This document shows positions 54,901 through 64,000 of a stretch of 64,000 nt of DNA, in pieces (within the stretch, counting starts at the first letter, position 1; each line of letters begins with the position of its first letter). The notes below the pieces were generated by a model that ran no database searches, was not told where the DNA came from, and saw only the letters and a list, made by a program, of their open reading frames with translations. Origin of the DNA: Utricularia gibba (lineage: Eukaryota; Plantae; Magnoliophyta); assembly GCA_002189035.1 (NCBI GenBank), contig CM007990.1, positions 2,604,001 to 2,668,000 on the forward strand, written 5' to 3'. The translations under genes and the position numbers were made by a program.

Positions 54901-55048
54901 TCTTGAGATCCATTATCATTTATTAGTATGAAATATTGAGGCGTCCACCAACCAACAGCCTCAACTTCTACATGTTTTACACGGCATTCCATCAGCCCTC
55001 AAGCCCAAGGATGAAGCACGGACATACCAAGTAACTCCCATCGCACGA

Positions 55049-57050
55049 CTAATAGCGTACTGTAGCTTTGATGGCATCCAATACCTGGAAAGGAGGGAGA
55101 ACACATTGCTAATGAAATGGGGCAGACCCAAACACCTCACAGCGCCTACCTTGTTTCTTGTTGGGAGGTACAGTGACTCGAATACCAGAGGAAAAGGAGT
55201 ATCCAGCCCACAAACTCTGCACACCGGAGCCTCCAACTGCAACTCAAAATTCAGACTTTCAATGGCTTTCCGAAACAAAAACCCCAGTGATTAAAATCCA
55301 TACTCTCAAAAAGCAGCGTTCGATGATTGAAGCAGAAATCTCGGCACCAAATCCTCCGGTCACTGGGGCCTCATGACTAATCTGTAGACAACAAGCCAAG
55401 CATGTGACTGGAAAATGGCTCCCAGTTTCAACCAGTGACTGGGAATGGATTCTCACCAGAAGTCTTCCAGTTTTATTTACTGAAGCTTCGACAGTTTCCT
55501 TGTCCCATGGGATTAAAGTTCTCAAGTCTATCAATTCACATGAGATGCCATCCTACACTAATGCAGAAGCTAATCAACAGGAGACAATACTTCTACTATG
55601 AAATCAATAGCAATCAGAACTGGACTCACTTCGTTATTTAAAAAAAAAACCTACCTTTTCTGCTTCAATACAAGCCTGTTCCATGACTGCCAGCTGAGCA
55701 CCCCATCCAACAAGTGTTATGTCATTTCCTTCACGAATCACCTGACAATCAAAAGTTTTTTTTGCTTGCATCTCATCCATATTCAATCTCAGTTTCAAAA
55801 CACAATGGGCATACCTCAGCTTCTGATAAAGGCAGCATGTAATCTTTTTGTGGTATATCTTCCACAGCCAGCCGGTACAACCACTGGTATATTTTGGCAT
55901 CTTGGAAATGTTTAGTCCAACAGAATGAACTTTCCATTCTGCAAATAATAACTTGCCTTTGGCTCAAAAAATAAAGTTGGATTCGGATCTCTGATGCACG
56001 ATAACAGCAATCCTTTAGCTTGTCGTGGACTCCGAGGGATCACCACCTAGGAAAATGATGAAATAACCTTGAAAAAAAATGTAATCAAATTGATATTTAG
56101 CAGAAAAATGACAAGAAAAGGATGGATGAAAATGTGTACCTTGATACCAGGAACATGGCAAAAAAAGGCTTCTGGTGATTGTGAATGGTAGTGACCGCCA
56201 TGTCCAACAGCTCCGTAGGGTGATCTAATAGTTAAGCCTAAAACACGGAGCATGACAACAGGTGGAACTAGGAAGCCAAAAAAACGGCTTTAACTCTGTG
56301 ATTACATTACCTCCACAATTAAACTGATTACCGCTCCTGTATCTAAACTTGGCTGCTTCGTTGACAATCTAGTTATAGAAATTGAAAAATAAGAATTTCG
56401 TAGGAAAAGGCAGCTCAAAAAAGAGAGCAGTGGAAGGTTCTCACTTGGTCAAATGCTGGAAATATATAATCTGCAAATTGAATTTCACAGATAGCTCGAT
56501 TTCCCTGGAGGATGAGAAAAGAAATGCGCATTTCTGCAGTTTGATTAGAATTTCAAGAGGGCACTCAGCAGAAAGTTGGCAACTACCGACCATTGCTGCC
56601 AACCCAATAGCGAACCCAACAATGCCCTGAATGAAAGACAATGAAATGAGATAGCAGAAAGAGGAACTAGTGTTCACACATGCAATACGTATTTCTCAAA
56701 CGTACCTGCTCGCAGAGTGGTGTGTTGAAAACTCTGTGTTTGCCAAAATGGTCTGCCAATCCAGTGGTGCACCGGAAAACTCCACCAAAACCAACATCTT
56801 CCCCAAAGACGTAAGCCCTGGAAAGGAACATAAAAAAACAAAAGATGATTTCTTGTATGCGAAGTAGCGAAATCAGATGAAGGATTGAAGTAATCCCATA
56901 CCGGGGATCCGTCTCCAGGGCAATGTGCAGCGCTTGGTTGATTGCGGAGAAAAGATTGACAGGCTTCTCACACTGGGAGCTTATTCCCCGGGAACAACTG
57001 CGGATTGAAGTCGCGCTCATTCTCGCAAATCTCCTGAATGCAATTGCCAT
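55049..57050 (-). CDS. BCKDHB: 2-oxoisovalerate (branched-chain keto acid) dehydrogenase E1 beta, mitochondrial, 351 aa, 13 exons
   Basis: Exons 56902-57050, 56706-56817, 56591-56626, 56445-56504, 56311-56368, 56140-56237, 55957-56046, 55815-55883, 55655-55741, 55457-55552, 55304-55381, 55150-55236, 55049-55084 (1056 nt). Motifs [44 protein letters not shown]. Intron 7 has a GC donor. Confidence 0.93.
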
Positions 57051-57226
57051 CGCAACAGGCAACCAGCGAATGTGTCTTGGCACTTGGCAGTGTACTTACG
57101 AAATGAGCGAGCGAGACAGTTATCATTGATCTTATCCCACTAAAATATCTCAAAAAAAAAAAAAATTTATATGTGCTTTTTTGAGTGGATAAGCATCTTC
57201 CCGAGTTTAGTGCAGGGCTCCAGGAG
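57051..57226. promoter_or_regulatory. Bidirectional promoter / 5' UTR region
   Basis: 176 bp between divergent ATGs; CTTATCC (57131-57137), A14 (57152-57165), GGATAAG (57187-57193). Confidence 0.7.
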
Positions 57227-58935
57227 ATGGAGGCTGCCACTTCCTCTGCTTTCCTGTTGTATCCCAACTCTAAGAAGACCCGCTTCTGTTCCCTTTCCAA
57301 TTCTTCTTCCTCCAGGGCCGTAGGCTGTGTTTCCCTTGGCGCTAAATGTCCTCGCCTGGCTGCGTCTCTAGCAACCGTTGACACCTCCATTAACAGCGAT
57401 TCTAAGGATTTGATTCCCAGAGTGGATAAAACTGGCAAGTTCTTCAGGCCCAGAGCTGCTCGGGAGCTTGCACTGTACGCGCTTTCCCGTCTGTTTTACA
57501 ACGACAATGGCGAGGATTAGATTTTTTTTTCCGTTTTTCCTGTCCTCTGAGCTCAAGCGGCCGATAATTGTTTCAGGGTTATTCTGTATGCCGCGTGTTT
57601 AGATGGGTCAGACCCTGTCCGTCTCTTTGAGAAAAGGCTGAATGATACAAGAGGTGATGTTATGCATTCTGCTCGTCTTGTTCTTCTCTCCTCTCATGTA
57701 TGAGAGCCCTTTCAGTTTTAGCTCTGTTGCGATGCTTTGCCTGTCTTCAATTATCTCTTTCAGATGAACAAGGAAAATGCCATTCTTCTCATTTTCTGTT
57801 TCTCCAGAGTCGGAGTATGAATTGGATAAAGCATCTATGATGTCATATGATTACATGAGCTTTGGAGGCCCCCTGTAACTTTAACATCCTCTGCTGAAGC
57901 TGATGAAATTTTCCAAAATGATCGAAGGGAGTCTGAAATTGGTAACTTCTTTCATTTTTCATAGTGTATGATAGACGTGCTGGTGAATTATTACTGGTAG
58001 ACAACTCCATAGTATCTTTGTTGCAGAAGCAGAAATTCTTTCAGCTCCTCCAAAGTTGGTGTACAGCAAGATGGTTTTGCGGTAAGGGCTTGTGATGGAG
58101 CCATGTATATGTGTTTGGTAATGCATTATATTTATTCGATCTCTCCCACGGTTGAAATCTCTTCATATTTCAATCATCCTCTGTTGCAGGTTTACGCGTA
58201 AGCTTTTGGTCGCAGTTTCTGAGAACTGGAATAATAATGTGCAAGCCCTCGAAAAAGTTGTACCTCCTAATTGGATGGTTAGTTTCCATTTCAAATTCTC
58301 ATTACTAATGATCTGATTATTTGCTCAGTGTAGATGAATGCGTTAATCAATCTGTGTTTGAGGTTCCCATCTTTGTAATATAATGTGTTATTAACCATCC
58401 CTAACTTACAAAATTCTGAAAGGGGAATACATGGTGCTGGTGCACTGAGCTCGACATATGTATGTTGTAGTAGGTGCAGTTTTCAAACACATGAGGGAGA
58501 TGTGGTCATGTTAGTTGGAGTGAAAACCTAGTGATGGAACTAATTGTACAGGGATCTTGAAGTTGTTTTAGATTGGATTTTGGGTAATGCGAGACAGGGT
58601 TGTTGTATGATCATTTTAGTTGATGTGGAGTGTTTAAATAATAATGCAGAAGGAACCAGGTGGTAGAATCCTTGAGTTTTCGGTTCTTCATCTGGCAATG
58701 TCAGAGATAACCGTCCTGGGGACAAGGCAACAAATAGTTATCAACGAGGTTGGTGAAGTTCCAGTTTGCATCATTATGTAGATCCGTTCAATGATTTGAA
58801 ACCGTGAACATGCTGCACCTCACCATGCAGGCCGTGGACCTTGCAAAGCGCTTTTGCGATGGGGCAGCACCTCGCATAGTAAATGGCTGCCTGAGAAATT
58901 TTGTCTTACAACTCAACAACCAAAAAGATGAGTGA
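57227..58935 (+). CDS. Plastid NusB-domain (antitermination-like) protein, 7 exons, with a 1-bp frameshift in exon 3
   Basis: Exons 57227-57474, 57577-57653, 57808-57941, 58027-58081, 58190-58277, 58650-58748, 58831-58935. Motifs PRAARELAL, DPVRLFEKR, APPKLVYSK, AVDLAKRFCDGAAPRIVNGCLR. Sum is 806 nt, one short of a multiple of 3. Confidence 0.85.
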
Positions 58936-59102
58936 AGCAACAGTTGGTTCTTGGCTTGCATGATTTGTGTACCCTTCCCTTGCTTTAAAACTGTCATGAT
59001 TTATTCATTTTGGATCATGCTTCATCTTATGTGACTTGAAAGCACCACTGTTCCACAAAAATATGTATGGATCGCAGGTGTTTCTCAATACGGGAATGAG
59101 AT

Positions 59103-61276
59103 TCATAGATTCCACATATTGTTGAAACCCTCAGGGAAAGCATGATCATAGTCATGGTAATGGAAAGTTCGGTAGATGAAGTTGGAGAGCCATTTGGAGG
59201 CTGTGAAACACAGCAAAGCCGCACCGATGATGCCATACCGAACACCAGCAGACATGACTCCAGCACCACTCTGTTTTGCAGCTGCAACAATTCCAACCAA
59301 ACCAAGGGATGCTATCTGCAACAAGATTTTTGCTGCTTGCAGCACCTTGTACGCAGTGCTGCAGCTGCTACAGCTCACCGTGTGTGACCGATACCTGAAT
59401 CACATTAACATACTCAGTCAATTCATATTGTTGCTCACTCAGCAAACAATTCGAACACATGCAATCCCTGCACAATGTTTTCAGTTGTTTTACCTATCGA
59501 AGAGCTGCTCCCGGGGAGGAATAGGAGCTTGTGGTGAGAGTTGAGTGAACTTGGTTCTCCAGTCAACTTGAGTGCCACCGTACTTGTTTAGCCATCTCCG
59601 GAAACCTACAACCAGTGCATCTGCCTTTGTGGGAACATAGCAAGACTTGTGCCAATTCAAAGCACCAACTTCGATCAACTTTTTCTCCTGTGGCATTGTG
59701 AGGAAGAGCGGTTGATTGAATGCCAAAGTGCAGAGAGCAAATAGGTACGAAACTGTTCAGCTACCTCCACATGAAGAAGATAGAGATCTGAGTCCAAAAT
59801 TAGGTTCTGTCCGATATGAAATATCCAACGTGGGAAAATTCGATCTATCCAGACAGCAAAATTTCTTGGAGATGCAAATATCAATCTGCTATTTCCAGGA
59901 CTGACTGGAACACAGTAGAAGATAAGAAGTGCCTTTTTATTGGGAGGAAAAGGAAGGGTTGCTGATTCCTGCATCAGTAGCATAATTTAAATCACGTGAA
60001 ATTGCTGTGAGCACAAACATGGAATAGAATATGTAACCTCCTTAGATTTAGCGTTCGTTTGAGTGCTCCCGGGACTAAAATAGCCATAGTAAAGACACGG
60101 TGGAACGAAGAAGTTTTCCCCAAACACTTGTTTTGCAGTGAAACCATTTATACTCAGTTGCTGCACATTGATTTCCAGAGGTCTCCCTCCTTCCCTGTCG
60201 GCTTTCACAGTGCAGAACAATTACCATCCGTCAGCCATTACAGAGTGATACTGAGATTGGATCCTAAACAGGAGGAGTTGGAGGGATACTTATCTTTCTG
60301 GAGTTTTTGCCATCCTCATTATTCCATAATGAGCATATGGTACATGGGCAGGGTCCATTAGATTTTCGATCAGAACTTCGTAGCTGAAAAGGTGAGTTTT
60401 CTCATTGAACACAGAACTACACAAGTGCCTTTTTCTGCAAGAATTCAGGGAAACTTGGCAACTCGCAATATCTGCCTACCCGTAAGGTATGTCTCTGCAG
60501 ATCATCTGATTTGTAAATGACGGATCATCAAGTTCTGGAATATAATGAGGCTTCTGTTCTGAATAAATGTCCTTGTAAACAGGATCAGAGTTCGGCCAGA
60601 ACCAAAGAATGCCATTTTGGACGCAACTGGGATATACAGCGACACACGCTCTCTTGGAAGTATGGATCTGCAGAATGAAACGAAATTTTCTATGAAGAGA
60701 GTGTTTGGTTGATTCCAGTCAAACATCACGTGAGTGAGTGAAATGTATTGTATGTACGGGAGGGCCGTCTCTTGGAGCTTGAGGAATGAATTTGCAGTCA
60801 CCGGCGGCGCCGAAGCACCACCCATGATAGACACATTGGAGCCTCCCCCACTTATCAATCCTCCCTTCTGATAAGGGGGCCAGTCTGTGGGGACAAGCAT
60901 CATCAAACACCTTCCAGGAATTCTCATTCCTATCCCACCAAATCACGATGTCGATCCCCATCACCTTCCTGCCATGCGGCCTTCTTTTGTCGAGATCGCA
61001 AACTGGAAGAACAGGATACCAATGGGCATACCAGTCAAACAGATGGGACCCTTCCTCTCCAGTTTCTGATGATTCGAGGGGTGGGATCGGAGAAACTGCG
61101 GTGAAGACTGATTTGTTGGCCCTAGCCAGTGGGATATGTGTCTGTGTTACTGGATGAATCGGGGAACCCTCCTTGAGCTTCCGGAATATGGTGAGGGTGT
61201 TGGGGTACTTCCTGTTCGAGATGGGGGGGCGGTGAATAGAAGGAAAGGCTGAAGCTTTCAGCCGCAGAGGCTCCAT
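59103..61276 (-). CDS. PTC52: Protochlorophyllide-dependent translocon component 52 (Rieske/PaO-family oxygenase), about 552 aa, 7 exons
   Basis: Exons 60758-61276, 60480-60667, 60294-60383, 60038-60209, 59765-59968, 59494-59687, 59103-59394 (1659 nt, assuming an AT-AC intron 3). Rieske [11 protein letters not shown]...CVYHGWCF; iron motif [13 protein letters not shown]; CSSC; HYHDYDHAF. Confidence 0.88.
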
Positions 61277-62036
61277 GCGATATGATTCGCTTTGACAGAA
61301 GGGAATGGAGAAAATTCCCTCCTGCTTTGCTTCCCAGAGGAGGGAGTGGATAAGGTTAGTTGGTTGGGTTGGTATATATCATATCATCATCTATGTATTT
61401 GTACGGTACCGATCGCATGCCAATTGCCATGGAGTCGGAGGAGCGTTTCAGAGTTCATCCTGGCAAGCAGACTTTTTGCAGCAGTGTATGGACCAGGCCG
61501 GGCCTGCGGACCGAGTTTGGGCTTTTCCAACGCACAAAGTCGACATATGAGGTGAAGGAGGATCAACTAAAGTACAAGATTTAGGTCAATGATAACTGGG
61601 AAATTTTAGAGTTTAGAAAAATAATGAAAAAAAGTGTTATTGGTCAAACAAGGACTCGTCTATAAGACATATATGACTTGACTGAGGGAGCATGTAAACA
61701 CTGAAGCAGCGGAACAACTAGAGCTTCTTTTGTTACTAGGATTTGGATAAGGGTTTCTTTGCATGATAAATGATTTATAAATATTTTTTTAAGGCTTGAT
61801 CTGTGGTGCCAAAAATGTTTGAGTCAATTAAAAATGCACAATTAGACGTTTGACAGTAGACAAAAAATACAATTAAAATGCCATATTTCCCAATTTCTTC
61901 CATTAACCACCCACGACAAGCCGACAATGCAGCGGAGCAGCCACACTCATTTCATTTTCCAACAATGGATCGAATAGCCTCTCCTCATGTTTTAGTATTA
62001 TTTAGAATTCGAGTGTGATGAAAGAGAATGCTGCAT

Positions 62037-64000
62037 TGATAAATGAGAAATTTAAAATTTACGTATCAAATAAATTTAAAATTCTAATTTACACTCAATC
62101 ATAAAACAATATTAGGCCTAATATTGTGAAAACTAATGCTATGTGAAAAGCTAATAATGCATTCACATACCTAAAAAAACTATGTGAAAGATAATTTTGA
62201 CCATAACAAAAAGTAACAAGAAAATTCGTACATCAACTCAACATAAGAAGGATAATTCATATCGCACAAAGTAAGCAACATATATTTTTCTAGCATTGAA
62301 TAATAAAGGTATTTGAGGTTGAGCATCTTTGCATGTTGCTTGAAGTATGGGATACCCTTACTGGCTATTTTATGTTGTGATTTCCCTTTCTCTTCCTTTG
62401 CATATCTACCTAAACTCAAAAACAATGGAATCAAGTTAGGCAAAAAATTTCTCTTTTCGTTTGTACCTATTCCTCCTCATCTACACTTTTGTCTGAGTGT
62501 TTTGCTTGTAGTTCTGGCTCTTTTGCTTTCCTTGTTTTGCTCCATGTTCTCTTTGTGACAAGATGTATGTAATCATCCTCCTCCTCAATTGCTATTGTAG
62601 CAATTGAGGCTGGCTATCCTTCTCTTGCTAGAATTTGCTCTGGTTTACAAGATTCCACTTCCATTTCACCATTTTCCTCTTCTACATTTTCTCAGGGTTC
62701 CTCAGCCCTTGCTGCTGTCATCTCCACTTCAGGTTCAACACTCTCCCTATGTTTGGTACCACTTGATCGGTTGTAGGCATGTTGGAAGAGGTTTTTTTCT
62801 ACAATTCTGACAAACACACTGAAAGATTTGAACAAGGTGAACGACAAAAGGGCATTCATCCCCAAATTCACCAAGGGTTTAAGGGCAAATATGTAAAATC
62901 TCAATGCTTAATCAAGGATTCTAAACCTAACTCCTTTGTAACCACAACATAATTCCCCTATTTTTTTCAACAGGAACACTAAGCAATGCTCAAAATAACT
63001 CACAACTTGATCTAAAAGAGCAAAATCAAATGATATAAAATAAAATAAATAAAAACATAAAATTGAATAAAATTTCAAACTTGGGTTGCCTCTCAAGAGC
63101 ATCTTTGTTTCAAGTCTTGAACTCGAATTCTAGCATTTTCTATGTTGTTGTTGTATCCTTCAGGATAAGAACTTCAACTTCCTCCACAAACGTGTTCTAA
63201 GGATTTTTTCATAGAAAATCTTTAATATATGTCCATTCACATTAAATCGTTTTTCATTGTCTTCATCATAAATCTCTATGATCCCATTTGGAAAAAACTT
63301 CCTTCACTACAAAAGGTTCAATCTAGTGTGATTTGAGCTTTCCTAGACACAACTTTAGTCTTGATTGGAACAACAATACTTTCTAGTGAACTTCAAAAGA
63401 TCTTTTGGAAATGTGCTTGTAGTGATAATTTTTAGTCCTAGCCTTCAAATAACTTTGAGCTCTCGTAGTAATCATTTCGTAGTTCTTCCAACTTTAAAAG
63501 CTATAATTTGCTCTGACTTGGATAGAGACCTTCATCGAGATATAGGCTCTTCACAGCCCACGAGACTAACCTGAATGGTGAAGTTCCGACTGACAATTTA
63601 TATGTTGTCCATATTGCCCATAAAGCATCTCTTAGCCTCATTCTCCAGTCCTTCCTATTTAGGTTCACCACTTTCTCAAGGATCCATTTAATTTCTCTAT
63701 TTGATACTTCCGTTTGCCCATTAGTTTGTGGATGGCATGCGTTGAAGGGTTCTACAAAACATTGAACTACTTCAATACGCTCTTTAAGGCCTAATCATAG
63801 AAATGAGTACCTCTATCACTGATCAGCGCCTTAGGAGTCCCATAATAAACAAAAATTTTTTTATATAGGAAATTTTTTACTTTCTTTGCGTCGTCTATCC
63901 TTGTAGGGATAGCTTCAATCCACTCTGATACATAATCAACAACCACTAAAATGTAGTTGAACTCTGAAGAAGTGGGGAATGATCTCATAAAATCAATATC
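62037..64000 (-). mobile_element. 3' part of an Athila element (integrase, accessory ORF, truncated LTR)
   Basis: YILVVVDYVSEWIEAIP...GTPKALISDRGTHF (63791-63988); accessory ORF 62180-62900; LTR end TGATAAATG at 62037. Confidence 0.85.

Noticed and set aside
54961-55278. ORF suggesting a longer BCKDH C-terminus (...GMPCKTCRS)
   Set aside because: It reads through intron 12 into the wrong frame; the spliced last exon gives [11 protein letters not shown].
60280-60289. GTATCCCT resembling a U12 donor in PTC52 intron 3
   Set aside because: Using it would keep an in-frame TAA in the exon, and no U12 branch site is visible.
61360-61584. Small ORF upstream of PTC52
   Set aside because: No recognisable motif or splice support; lies in the probable PTC52 promoter.
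1-64000. tRNA, rRNA, organellar insertions or viral/HGT segments
   Set aside because: None recognised by eye; the PBS sites are tRNA-complementary but are not tRNA genes. tRNAscan-SE and BLAST to organelle genomes would be needed to exclude short pieces.

Overview
Angiosperm nuclear DNA, roughly 80% nested transposon debris (Ty3/gypsy Athila, Tat/Retand and a chromovirus-like element, Ty1/copia Angela-like, Pong/PIF-Harbinger, hAT, MULE). Four host genes were traced exon by exon: HUB2/BRE1-like E3 ligase (15892-21424, +, 19 exons, intact) and a very compact three-gene island of BCKDH E1-beta (-), a plastid NusB-domain gene (+) and PTC52 (-) at 55049-61276. Most unusual observations: (1) PTC52 intron 3 has no usable GT donor and appears to be a U2-type AT-AC intron (AG|ATAAGT ... 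TTCTGCAC|) that restores the conserved frame; (2) the BCKDH E1-beta and NusB start codons are only 176 bp apart, with mirror-image GGATAAG motifs around an A14 tract; (3) the NusB gene has a 1-bp frameshift in a C run (real lesion or assembly error); (4) at least five solo LTRs with TSDs, four of them inside other transposons' genes whose frames rejoin when the LTR is removed. One full-length Tat/Retand element (38093-47678, TSD CTATT) is present. No rRNA, tRNA or CRISPR features were recognised. All coordinates, identities and family assignments are from manual reading and remembered family motifs, not database searches.
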